From the NCBI GenBank assembly GCA_017987425.1, contig JAGNTT010000002.1, forward strand, positions 1 through 39,643: DNA of 39,643 nt, written 5' to 3'. Under the pieces are notes generated by a model. That model was given only the letters and a program-made list of their open reading frames with translations, did not search any database and was not told where the DNA came from. This DNA comes from Candidatus Omnitrophota bacterium. GTDB taxonomy: Bacteria > Omnitrophota > Gorgyraeia > Zapsychrales > Fredricksoniimonadaceae. Within the stretch, counting starts at the first letter, position 1. Every line of letters begins with the position of its first letter. A program made the position numbers and the translations under genes. Below, piece after piece: positions 27,390 to 35,823 of this stretch.

Positions 27390-27774
27390 CTTTTTTAACT
27401 CTCCTTTCAACAACAGACGAACGTTTAACTAAAGCTTCAATTATTTTACTTATTTCTTTTTTACCCGATTCATTCAGCTCTTGGAAATAAACTCCCACTT
27501 GATACCGCTCTGAATCAGATATAATCCTAACCCATGTGACCATGCCTTTGAGGGTGATCACTTTGGCTTGAGGATGCTGCTGCAAATGCAGAAGCACTGT
27601 ACTGTGGATCGGAACAAACTGACTGACCGTCAGACAAATTCCGCCACTGCTCACATCTTTGGATAGACTGCCTTCAAGGCAGCTATAATCTCCGACTTGG
27701 AATTTTACACCTTGTTTAAACGGGAAGCGGGTGTGCTGGCGTTTTTCACGCCCTTTATCGTGCTGACTATCCAT
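27382..27774 (-). CDS. PilZ-domain protein (c-di-GMP receptor family)
   Basis: RQHTR (RxxxR) and DVSSGG (DxSxxG) motifs; 130 aa. No obvious SD precedes the ATG. Confidence 0.75.
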   Translation of the reverse strand: MDSQHDKGREKRQHTRFPFKQGVKFQVGDYSCLEGSLSKDVSSGGICLTVSQFVPIHSTVLLHLQQHPQAKVITLKGMVTWVRIISDSERYQVGVYFQELNESGKKEISKIIEALVKRSSVVERRVKKDG

Positions 27775-27897
27775 AGGAATTTGTTCAAAGATCTATGATT
27801 GACTTTTATGTTGGACCCGGCAAATCGCTGATCGCAAACAGCTCAAATTCATCATTTTGCCGGATAAACGAGCTAATTAAGCTCGAAAAGTTTCACT

Positions 27898-27925
27898 AGT
27901 ATAACACAATCTATTTTCTAGACAA
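27898..27925 (-). promoter_or_regulatory. Sigma70-type promoter with extended -10 for the PilZ cluster
   Basis: On the minus strand: TTGTCT (27925-27920), 16-nt spacer, TGtTATACT (-10 at 27903-27898). Confidence 0.45.
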
Positions 27926-27949
27926 ATTATTTTTAGGCCCGAAGAACAC

Positions 27950-27980
27950 AAAAAAGGGCGGCCGAACATCTGCCGCCCTT
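27950..27980 (-). terminator. Rho-independent terminator of the TM-helix gene
   Basis: Minus strand: aaagggcggc-agatgttcg-gccgccc, followed by tttttt. Confidence 0.7.
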
Positions 27981-27993
27981 TGATACCGATTAC

Positions 27994-28647
27994 TTATTTT
28001 TTCAAACGGTCGATGTAGCGGGCTGCAGTATCGCGACCGCCCAGACCGAACGCCAATGCCAAAGCCAAACACACGCTCATAAACAACGTGTTCAGATTTG
28101 TTCCTGTCAAAACCGCTCCCAAACCGATCTCATGCAGAAAAATCGTCACGGCAAAGAGCACGATTGCGTATTTGGTCAGCTTCCCCATCAGGTCGGGCCG
28201 CGGAATGTCAGTGTTGCTGGCGACAATCGTGACCAGACTGGAGATGAAGTTTCCGAGAATCATACCGAAAATCAAAACGAACACGGCACTGATGACACTC
28301 GGAACATAGCTGAACAGACGGTTGAGCATATCGTCCACCAGCGGTAGGCCGAAGATTTTGACGCTGGTCGCGAGGACGGTAATCATAATCACCCAATAGA
28401 CCATACAGCCGATCACTTCGCTGGGAGTGCTCTTGACTCCTCCCTTACGAAGTATGCCTGCCAATCCGAGGTGCTGGCACATCGTATCGAAATAGATTTC
28501 CTTGAAGATGCGTCCGACCAATTTACTGACCACTCGGGCGATGACCCAGCCGATGACGAGCACCGACAATATGGTCAAAAATGTTGGCAGAAACCCCGTG
28601 ACCGCTGTAAACATGTCCTTAACCGAACCCAGGATGTATGTATCCAT
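27994..28647 (-). CDS. Membrane protein with repeated TM helices (mechanosensitive-channel-related 'conserved TM helix' type)
   Basis: About 217 aa from MDTYILGS (ATG 28647, AGGAGG RBS). It has four or more hydrophobic helices with a repeated pattern. The family call comes from overall architecture only. Confidence 0.55.
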   Translation of the reverse strand: MDTYILGSVKDMFTAVTGFLPTFLTILSVLVIGWVIARVVSKLVGRIFKEIYFDTMCQHLGLAGILRKGGVKSTPSEVIGCMVYWVIMITVLATSVKIFGLPLVDDMLNRLFSYVPSVISAVFVLIFGMILGNFISSLVTIVASNTDIPRPDLMGKLTKYAIVLFAVTIFLHEIGLGAVLTGTNLNTLFMSVCLALALAFGLGGRDTAARYIDRLKK

Positions 28648-28897
28648 AACAACATCCCTCCTTTTTGGGCGGTTATTTAAACGGTTCTCGGGGACCATTT
28701 CCCCGTAAGCCGACCGCCATGTGACTCTTCGTCAACACAGCACGAAGTTTCAACGCTTCATTAAACAACAGCCGCGACAAATCTAATAGTCACTTAAAAG
28801 GAGACAGGTTCGACATTCACAACATAAATAAGTAATTTAAAAGAACGTTTTATACCGCACATATAGGCGCTTTGACTGGGACTGGTCTACCAATTCA

Positions 28898-28925
28898 ACT
28901 ATAGCATCAGCTTTAAGCGATACAA
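28898..28925 (-). promoter_or_regulatory. Candidate sigma70-type promoter with a long leader for the TM-helix gene
   Basis: On the minus strand: TTGTAT (28925-28920), 16-nt spacer, TATAGT (28903-28898). This implies a 5' UTR of about 240 nt. Confidence 0.35.
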
Positions 28926-28961
28926 GTAGCCCCCATGCTTTCCGGGAAAACGCTTACTTTG

Positions 28962-29000
28962 GAAAATAAAACACCACGGGCAAGAGGCCCGTGGTGTTTT
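28962..29000 (-). terminator. Rho-independent terminator of yceI (bidirectional shape)
   Basis: Minus strand: acaccacggg-cctcttg-cccgtggtgt, followed by tttatttt. Confidence 0.75.
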
Positions 29001-29021
29001 ATTTGCACAGATTCTCACTAA

Positions 29022-29615
29022 TTACTTAGCGTAAGCTTCGAGGCTGACGTCGAGATTAACGTCATCGGAAACCATCAGGCCACCGTTATCCAGCGTCTTG
29101 TTAAAAGAAACGCCGTAATCCTGGCGGTTGACCTTGAAATTGGCATTGATGCCGATGGCAGTCCCGCCCATAGGGCTCGTGACTGGGCCGGAGATTTCGG
29201 CCGGGACCGTAATTTCCTTGGTCACGCCTTTGAGGGTCAGATCACCGGTGAGCGTATAGGCATCACCTTCCTTGGCAATGGACTTGGAAACGAAGGTGAC
29301 GGCCGGGAATTTCTCGGCATCGAGGAAGTCAGCGCCTTTTAAATGCTCATCACGCTTTTCATTGCGGGTATCGATACTGGCGGCCTTAACGGTTATTTCA
29401 ATCTTTGATGCGACCAGATCATTCGGATCGAAGCTGATCGTTCCGTCATAATCGCTGAACGAACCAGTGGTCTTGCTCACCATCAAGTGCTTGGCGGAAA
29501 AAGAGATTGTTGAATGAGCTTTGTCGAGAGTGTAATCCGCGGCAAAAACGGATGAAGACAACAACACACCAACTCCCAGCACCAATGCACTGCTTAAAAC
29601 TTTTACTGAATTCAT
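29022..29615 (-). CDS. yceI: YceI-family periplasmic polyisoprenoid-binding protein
   Basis: Signal peptide (MNSVKVLSSALVLGVGVLLSSSVFA/AD) followed by DKAHSTISFSAKHLMVSKTTGSF, typical of YceI. GGGAGGA RBS before ATG 29615. Confidence 0.85.
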   Translation of the reverse strand: MNSVKVLSSALVLGVGVLLSSSVFAADYTLDKAHSTISFSAKHLMVSKTTGSFSDYDGTISFDPNDLVASKIEITVKAASIDTRNEKRDEHLKGADFLDAEKFPAVTFVSKSIAKEGDAYTLTGDLTLKGVTKEITVPAEISGPVTSPMGGTAIGINANFKVNRQDYGVSFNKTLDNGGLMVSDDVNLDVSLEAYAK

Positions 29616-29669
29616 AACATCCTCCCTTGTAATTAAACAGTTAAACAATTGTTGTTACCACCTTAACCA

Positions 29670-30437
29670 TCAAGACTTCAAACCGGATCCTTTTTCCAGA
29701 AACCTGATATTTATGAAGGCCAGAAGAGCGATCATGATCACCAGCATGAAGGCGCTGACCCCGACGTGCACATCGGAGGCCCCGTAAAAACCGTAACGAA
29801 AACCATTGACCATGTAAAGGATCGGATTAAGTTTGGATACATTCTGCCAGAAAGGAGGCAGACTGTGAACAGAATAAAAGACACCTCCAAGATACGTCAG
29901 CGGTGTCAGAATAAATGTTGGCACTATGGCCACATCATCGAACTTAGTGGCAAAAAGAGCATTCATAAAACCGCCCAAAGAAAAGACGACCGATGTCAGC
30001 AAAACAAAAAGAATAATGACAAAAAGATTCGAGATAACGGGCTTTGTAAAGAAGCACGAGATCACAAACACCAGCGCTCCGACGCTGACGCCGCGGATAA
30101 CACCCCCGATCGTGTAACCCAGAACAATGACCCAATTCGGCGTCGGTGACACCATGATCTCTTCAACATTGCGCTGGAATTTCGCACCGAAGAATGAGCT
30201 CACCACATTGCCGTAAGCATTGTTGATGACCGACATCATGACAAGTCCCGGCACAATAAAAGCCATGTAGTCGATCCCGTTGACCTCACCGATTCTGGAG
30301 CCGATAAATTTTCCGAATATGACAAAATATAATGTCTGCGTGATCACAGGCGGAATCAGTGTCTGCGTCCAGATGCGTATGATACGCACCCATTCTTTAC
30401 GGATAATCGTTTTCAATGACACTAAGTGATCTTGCAT
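29670..30437 (-). CDS. ABC-2 type transporter permease (YadH-like)
   Basis: 255-aa six-TM protein of ABC-2 permease size and pattern, directly downstream of the ATPase. Confidence 0.8.
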   Translation of the reverse strand: MQDHLVSLKTIIRKEWVRIIRIWTQTLIPPVITQTLYFVIFGKFIGSRIGEVNGIDYMAFIVPGLVMMSVINNAYGNVVSSFFGAKFQRNVEEIMVSPTPNWVIVLGYTIGGVIRGVSVGALVFVISCFFTKPVISNLFVIILFVLLTSVVFSLGGFMNALFATKFDDVAIVPTFILTPLTYLGGVFYSVHSLPPFWQNVSKLNPILYMVNGFRYGFYGASDVHVGVSAFMLVIMIALLAFINIRFLEKGSGLKS

Positions 30438-30447
30438 AAAATCCCGT

Positions 30448-31362
30448 TTATTTTCCGGCCAGCAATTTTAAAAATAATTTTTCCAGACGTCGGCTTTTAG
30501 GATGAATATCTTTAATCACAAAGCCTGAGGAGATAAGACTGACGATCAACTGGTTTAAGTCCTCACGGCGGTTGACATCAACTTCCAATGTCGTGGGATC
30601 GACCGCGACCGGCTTGTACGACTGAATCTTGTCGAGAGACTTCATTTCATCCACGATGATGACATATGTTTCTTCCTGTAATATCTGCGTCAGATTGCGG
30701 ACACTTTCCTTATGGATGATCTCGCCGTCCTTGATGATGGCGGCATTCTTGCACATTTGCTCGACTTCCTCCAGATAATGCGTCGTCAGAAGAATGGTAG
30801 TGCCCTTGGCATTGATCTCTTTAAGATATTCCCACATGCCGATGCGCAGCTCGACGTCGACGCCTGCCGTCGGTTCATCAAGGATAAGAAGTTTCGGGTG
30901 ATGGACAAGAGCGCGGGCAATCATCAGACGGCGCTTCATACCGCCGGACAAAGTGCGGGCCGCGCTGTTTCGCTTCTCCCAAAGAGCCAGGCGTTTTAAT
31001 ATCACTTCCGTGTCTTTCATGGCCGCTGCCCATTCAATGCCGAAATAACCGGCCTGGGTAGCGACAATATCCGCCACTTTCTCAAACATGTTGAAATTAA
31101 ATTCCTGCGGCACAACGCCCATCATTTTTTTGGCCAGCCCGAAATCTTTATCAATGTCGTAATCAAAGACCTTAACTTTTCCCGATGTTTTTCTGACAAG
31201 ATCAGTAAGTATCCCGATGATGGTCGTTTTTCCGGCGCCGTTAGCTCCCAGCAAAGCAAAGAAATCGCCTTCCCTGACTTCAAGGTTAATATTTTTAAGC
31301 GCCTTGGTCCCGGTGTGGTAGACCTTGACCAGATTTTCAATGGTGATGGCGTTTTGCGGCAT
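30448..31362 (-). CDS. ABC transporter ATP-binding protein (YadG-like)
   Basis: Walker A GANGAGKTT, signature LSGGMKRR, Walker B LLILDEPT. I prefer the start at MPQNAITIENL (31362), 5 nt after the mreC stop. Confidence 0.85.
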   Translation of the reverse strand: MPQNAITIENLVKVYHTGTKALKNINLEVREGDFFALLGANGAGKTTIIGILTDLVRKTSGKVKVFDYDIDKDFGLAKKMMGVVPQEFNFNMFEKVADIVATQAGYFGIEWAAAMKDTEVILKRLALWEKRNSAARTLSGGMKRRLMIARALVHHPKLLILDEPTAGVDVELRIGMWEYLKEINAKGTTILLTTHYLEEVEQMCKNAAIIKDGEIIHKESVRNLTQILQEETYVIIVDEMKSLDKIQSYKPVAVDPTTLEVDVNRREDLNQLIVSLISSGFVIKDIHPKSRRLEKLFLKLLAGK

Positions 31363-31367
31363 GACAA

Positions 31368-32219
31368 TTATTGTTCTTTCTTTAAGACCAGTATTTCTTC
31401 CGCCCGGGATGGAAATGTCGCGGGGCGGACAAGACATTCGGTTCCGGTCGTATCGGCGCGGTTACTGACATTGACTACTGTGCCGATCAAAATCCCGTCG
31501 GGGAAAGTCGAACTGAGCTTCGAGGTCACGATTTTCTCCCCAACTTTAACACCCGCATCCTCCGGCAGGTATCTCAGACGGCAGAGACCCTGCAGCGTTC
31601 CGGTCAAAAGACCGCTCTCGCGGGAATCCTGTGTGACCGCGGCCACATTAAAATTCGGATCAGAAACAAGGATAACCTTGCTTATGTTGTCCGCAACTTC
31701 ACTAACTTTACCGACGACGCCGGCCGGATTGACCACCGGCATTCCGATCTTGATTCCTGACTTGCGGCCCTTGTCGATGATCAGCATCGCGTTCCAGTTC
31801 GTCGGATCGCGGCCGACCACAACTGCGGCAACTGTATCATAAGGAATACTGCGCTTGAAATCGAGCAGCTCGGTGAGGCGTCTGTTTTCCTCTAAAAGCT
31901 CCTTGGCGTTAGTGATCTTCGCCCAAAGGCCGCCGTTCTCCTTACGAAGTTTTGCGTACTCTTCGTATGTGACGTGATAAAACAATATTTTTTTGAATTC
32001 CTGAAACGGCCAGGCAATGAAAGCAAGCGGCCCAGTTGAACTCTCCACCACCGCATTCTTCTGAACATTTAGAAACACCGGACGGGCGAACAAAAGAAAA
32101 ACGGGAATCAGGAGCAGTAAAACATAGACAATATTTTTGGGTATTTTTTTATTCACGCCAGCGGTCTCCCCAGCAAACGCTTCGAGAGTCAAAGACCGGT
32201 ATCTAGAAAAAAAGTCCAT
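31368..32219 (-). CDS. mreC: Rod shape-determining protein MreC
   Basis: N-terminal TM segment, a coiled-coil segment, and beta-rich domains (VVGKVSEV...VILVSD, GILIGTVVNV), downstream of mreB. Confidence 0.85.
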   Translation of the reverse strand: MDFFSRYRSLTLEAFAGETAGVNKKIPKNIVYVLLLLIPVFLLFARPVFLNVQKNAVVESSTGPLAFIAWPFQEFKKILFYHVTYEEYAKLRKENGGLWAKITNAKELLEENRRLTELLDFKRSIPYDTVAAVVVGRDPTNWNAMLIIDKGRKSGIKIGMPVVNPAGVVGKVSEVADNISKVILVSDPNFNVAAVTQDSRESGLLTGTLQGLCRLRYLPEDAGVKVGEKIVTSKLSSTFPDGILIGTVVNVSNRADTTGTECLVRPATFPSRAEEILVLKKEQ

Positions 32220-32262
32220 AGTCGCCTATGGACATGTCAGAACACTATTTTCAAAAACGAAA

Positions 32263-33333
32263 TTAAAAATCGAGCTTGGTCTGAATGGTTAAACGGCGGC
32301 GCATATGCGGAGGCATATTAAGCGTCTCTCCTGTTCCCATGACCACGGCGGTCAGAGGATCGTCGGCAATATGAACTGGAAGACCTGTTTCTTCGGCAAT
32401 GCGTTTATCAAGACCGCGCAAAAGTGAACCGCCGCCGGCCATAACAATTCCATGATCGATCAAATCCGCGGCCAATTCCGGAGGCGTATGTTCCAGAGTC
32501 GACTTGGAAGCATCCACAATCGCCTGGACGGGATCGTGCAAAGCTTCACGGATCTCGACGGAAGTAATGTTGATCGTCTTGGGCAGACCGGCGATGAGGT
32601 CGCGGCCGCGCACATCCATATTCAATTCTTCTTCGAGAGGATACGCGGAGCCGATGCGGATTTTAATTTCTTCCGCAGTGCGTTCCCCGATCATCAGGTT
32701 ATATGTTTTGCGCAAATACTCGACGATGGCCATGTCCAGCTCATCACCGGCGATGCGGATGGATTTTGCGTAAACGATACCGCCGAGCGAGATGACGGCA
32801 AATTCGGTGGTACCGCCGCCGATGTCGATGATCATATTCCCGCTCGCCTCATAGACCGGCAACCCGACGCCGATCGCGGCGGCTTTCGGTTCTTCGATCA
32901 AAATAACATCGCGCGCGCCTGCATGAACGGCTGAATCCATAACGGCACGTTTTTCAACTTCGGTAATACCTGAAGGAATAGCGATGACAATCAGAGGACT
33001 GAAGAAACGGCGCGGCTGAACCTTGCGGATAAAATATTTAAGCATGGCCTCCGTGACTTCAAAATCGGAAATAACGCCGTCTTTCATGGGACGGACAGCG
33101 ATTATCGATCCCGGCGTACGACCGAGCATTTTCTTGGCTTCTTCACCGACCGCCACAACGCGGTTCGTGTCTTTTTCTATGGCCACAACCGAAGGTTCAC
33201 ACAAAACAACCCCTTCCCCTTTGACATACACCAGGGTGTTAGCAGTGCCCAAATCGATGCCCATATCTTTGGAAATTAAACCGAGTGCGGAATCAACGAT
33301 GCGTTTGAAAAGCTTCCGTAGTTGCTGAAACAT
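32263..33333 (-). CDS. mreB: Actin-like rod shape protein MreB
   Basis: 356 aa with [23 protein letters not shown] and [12 protein letters not shown] motifs. Confidence 0.95.
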   Translation of the reverse strand: MFQQLRKLFKRIVDSALGLISKDMGIDLGTANTLVYVKGEGVVLCEPSVVAIEKDTNRVVAVGEEAKKMLGRTPGSIIAVRPMKDGVISDFEVTEAMLKYFIRKVQPRRFFSPLIVIAIPSGITEVEKRAVMDSAVHAGARDVILIEEPKAAAIGVGLPVYEASGNMIIDIGGGTTEFAVISLGGIVYAKSIRIAGDELDMAIVEYLRKTYNLMIGERTAEEIKIRIGSAYPLEEELNMDVRGRDLIAGLPKTINITSVEIREALHDPVQAIVDASKSTLEHTPPELAADLIDHGIVMAGGGSLLRGLDKRIAEETGLPVHIADDPLTAVVMGTGETLNMPPHMRRRLTIQTKLDF

Positions 33334-33402
33334 GAAATCCCTCGTTGATGGTTTTTACGTGTGAGGAGTGAAACAACTTTTTTCGTAAATTGAATAAGGT
33401 CA

Positions 33403-33431
33403 ATGATAAAGGAAAAATTTGGGACTGTCAA
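33403..33431 (-). promoter_or_regulatory. Sigma70-type promoter for mreB
   Basis: On the minus strand: TTGACA (33431-33426), 17-nt spacer, TATCAT (33408-33403). Confidence 0.45.
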
Positions 33432-33470
33432 TGGAATTCTGGCCGTCGTAAAGCATTAAAGTCAACAAAT

Positions 33471-34763
33471 TTAGCGTTTTTGACCCGTCGAGACAAGCGC
33501 GCCGACCGCTTTGAAATCGCGGACAAAATTAGGGTAGGATTTGTGCGAACATTCGACATCTTTGACGGTCAAACCGACCCTTAAACCCAGGACCGCGAAG
33601 GCCATGGCCAAGCGGTGGTCGTGGTGAGGATCCAGGACAGCGCCTGCTCGGGGCTCGGTCAGAGGATGGATAAGAAGCGTGTCTTTTGTTTCTTCAACGC
33701 GGGCGCCCACTTTCAAAAGTTCGGTGCGTAAATCGCTGATGCGGTCCGACTCCTTCGCCCTGGCATGATGGATATTTTTCAAAACGGTGGGGCTTTTGGC
33801 AAACAAAGCAATGACCGCCATGATGGGCACGAGGTCCGGACAGTCTTGAAGAGAGAACGTCCCTCCCTTTAACTTAAATGGGCCCTTCATAACAATCGCA
33901 TTTTCTGCGCGAGTCCATTTGGCTCCCATCGTTTTTAAAAACTTCAAAATGTGTCCGTCCGCCTGGATGAGACCGTCATCAAAACATCCGCGAAGCTCGA
34001 CGGCCGACGGCACAATACTTGCGGCCGCCATCAAGAATGCCGCCAGACCGTAATCAGACGGTACCGTAAAATTTTTAAACCCCTGAAATGTCTGCGATCC
34101 TTTGACGGCAAAAGAACGTTCACCTTTTGGAGAAACAGCAACACCCGCTCTCTCGAGCATTTGCAGCGTCATCGTGATGTAATCCTTGGAGACAATTTTC
34201 TTACCCGTGATTTGGATGAGGGAATCTTTGGACAAAGACGGCGCGGTCATAAGCAACGCCGAGACGAACTGCGAACTGAGGCTGCCGTCGATCGTGATCT
34301 TTCCGGATTTGATCGTGCCGCCCTGAAAACGGATGGGAACGGATTCTTTTTCTCCAGCTCCTGAAATGTTGAGACCCTGACGCCTGAGCGCCTCGAGAAG
34401 ATGTGTGTTCGGCCGGCCGATCAAAGTCCTTTCACCAACAATGACAGCGCGGTCGGTCAGGGTGGATAAAAGAGGCAAAAGCAAACGCAGTACCGTGCCC
34501 GATTCACCGACGGAAATCATTTTAATCGGCGCAGTCCCTCTTGTGGCTTTAACCGTCCATCTGTCTTTCTTGCGCGTGATTGAACATCCAAGCGCCCGCG
34601 CGACGCGCATGGCGACATGAGCATCCTCGCAATTCGACGGACTGATGATCTCTGATTCACCGCCGCAGGCAGCGATCATGAACGCACGGATGGAATAGGA
34701 TTTGGAGGCCGGAAGATGAATACTTCCGGAAAGACGCTGTGTGGGCTTGACGTGAAGGAACAT
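33471..34763 (-). CDS. aroA: 3-phosphoshikimate 1-carboxyvinyltransferase (EPSP synthase)
   Basis: 430 aa with LPASKSYSIRA, AKESDRI and DHRLAMAFAV motifs. Confidence 0.92.
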   Translation of the reverse strand: MFLHVKPTQRLSGSIHLPASKSYSIRAFMIAACGGESEIISPSNCEDAHVAMRVARALGCSITRKKDRWTVKATRGTAPIKMISVGESGTVLRLLLPLLSTLTDRAVIVGERTLIGRPNTHLLEALRRQGLNISGAGEKESVPIRFQGGTIKSGKITIDGSLSSQFVSALLMTAPSLSKDSLIQITGKKIVSKDYITMTLQMLERAGVAVSPKGERSFAVKGSQTFQGFKNFTVPSDYGLAAFLMAAASIVPSAVELRGCFDDGLIQADGHILKFLKTMGAKWTRAENAIVMKGPFKLKGGTFSLQDCPDLVPIMAVIALFAKSPTVLKNIHHARAKESDRISDLRTELLKVGARVEETKDTLLIHPLTEPRAGAVLDPHHDHRLAMAFAVLGLRVGLTVKDVECSHKSYPNFVRDFKAVGALVSTGQKR

Positions 34764-34765
34764 AG

Positions 34766-34801
34766 ATTAAATAAGAACGGCAGTCAGTTACCTGACCGCC
34801 G
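34766..34801 (-). terminator. Intrinsic terminator-like hairpin abutting the aroA start
   Basis: Minus strand: cggcggtcag-gtaa-ctgactgccg (10 bp including one G:U), followed by ttcttattt. The aroA ATG is 14 nt after the stem. Confidence 0.6.
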
Positions 34802-34830
34802 CCCTCACCTTAAAAATTACTGGATTGAAA

Positions 34831-35715
34831 TTACTTTTTCGGAACTATGTTGTCGTTTTTGCGAACCATACGGCTGGAAAACGGCGGGATAAGATCGGCT
34901 GCAGACATTTCTTCCTGCACTCTGGAGACTTTGATATCGCCCAGATAATCATCCCCGCGCATGACAGAAAGGACATCACCCTGTTTAACACCGCTCTTTG
35001 ATCCCATGTCGAAGATCACGAATTCTGTTTCTTTATCGACACTGAGGATGCGGCCTTTGGATGAATCAGATTTGCTCACGATAATTTTATCGAGTTCGAC
35101 TTCTTTGGTTGCGCTATCTTCAACGGCAGCTTCAGAGCCTTCAGCGGGTTTGGCAGCCGTTGCTGCGGCTGCAGCGGCGGCCTCGGCAGCAGCCTGATCC
35201 TGCTTGGTTTTTTCGATAGCTGCATTCGCGTCAGTCAGCTGTTTCTCGACTTCGGCAACTTTGGTTTCCAATTCCTTGACGCGTGAATCACGTGTCTGTA
35301 ATTCCTGCTGGGAGACTTTTTCTTTTTCCTGAAAATCAGCGGCTAATTTGTCTTTGTCAGCCTGGAGTGCATCTTTTTCAAGAAGGACCGTATCCAAATC
35401 CTGTTTAAGCTTGGCGTTCTCGGTCTTCATGGCTTCTTTAAGACCTTTTTCCACATCGAGTTCTTCTTCCAGACTATTAATGCGGGTGTCAGCTTCCTTG
35501 TTCTTTTCTTCAAGAACGAAGGCCTTGTTCTGCGCAACCTTAAGGTCGCCCTGCAGACGGCTGATAGAACCCTGGGCATCGTTCAATGCCGCGTCGACAG
35601 CTTTGCGTTTTTCCGTTTCTTTATTCAAGAGGAAAATGCTGATGGATGCTGTCGAAACCAGGAGCACAACGATGAGCCCTAAAAAAATCGTGATTGTCTT
35701 TCCTGCATTATTCAT
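34831..35715 (-). CDS. Membrane-anchored coiled-coil protein with an Ala-rich linker and a small C-terminal beta-rich domain
   Basis: An N-terminal TM helix (ITIFLGLIVVLLVSTASISIFLL), about 150 aa of heptad-like E/K/L/Q-rich sequence, AAAEAAAAAAATAAKPAEG, then GRILSVDKETEFVIFDMGSKSGVKQGDVLSVMRGDDYLGDIKVSRV. I prefer ATG 35715 over the TTG at 35724. I recognise no family. Confidence 0.7.
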   Translation of the reverse strand: MNNAGKTITIFLGLIVVLLVSTASISIFLLNKETEKRKAVDAALNDAQGSISRLQGDLKVAQNKAFVLEEKNKEADTRINSLEEELDVEKGLKEAMKTENAKLKQDLDTVLLEKDALQADKDKLAADFQEKEKVSQQELQTRDSRVKELETKVAEVEKQLTDANAAIEKTKQDQAAAEAAAAAAATAAKPAEGSEAAVEDSATKEVELDKIIVSKSDSSKGRILSVDKETEFVIFDMGSKSGVKQGDVLSVMRGDDYLGDIKVSRVQEEMSAADLIPPFSSRMVRKNDNIVPKK

Positions 35716-35771
35716 ATCGTTCAAATCTCCTACAGTAATATGGTGGGCAAAGCTGGTGTTGAATTCAACCT

Positions 35772-35799
35772 ATTATATGGGAAAAAGATAACAAGTAAA
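35772..35799 (-). promoter_or_regulatory. Candidate promoter for the coiled-coil gene
   Basis: On the minus strand: TTTACT (35799-35794), 16-nt spacer, perfect TATAAT (35777-35772). A 12-bp palindrome GTTGAATTCAAC follows at the predicted transcription start. Confidence 0.4.
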
Positions 35800-35823
35800 G
35801 TATAAGTTATGAAGCGGCCGTTA

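Noticed and set aside
27775-27897. c-di-GMP riboswitch (GEMM-I/II) in the leader of the PilZ cluster
   Set aside because: Apart from a GGCAAA string, the conserved GEMM cores and the two-hairpin tetraloop/receptor layout are not recognisable by eye. This would need an Infernal scan to revisit.
28870-28910. tRNA-like string tatagttgaattggtagac (minus strand), resembling a D-arm
   Set aside because: No T-arm (GGTTCGAAT-like), no acceptor-stem pairing and no cloverleaf could be drawn. The TATAGT is more plausibly a -10 box.
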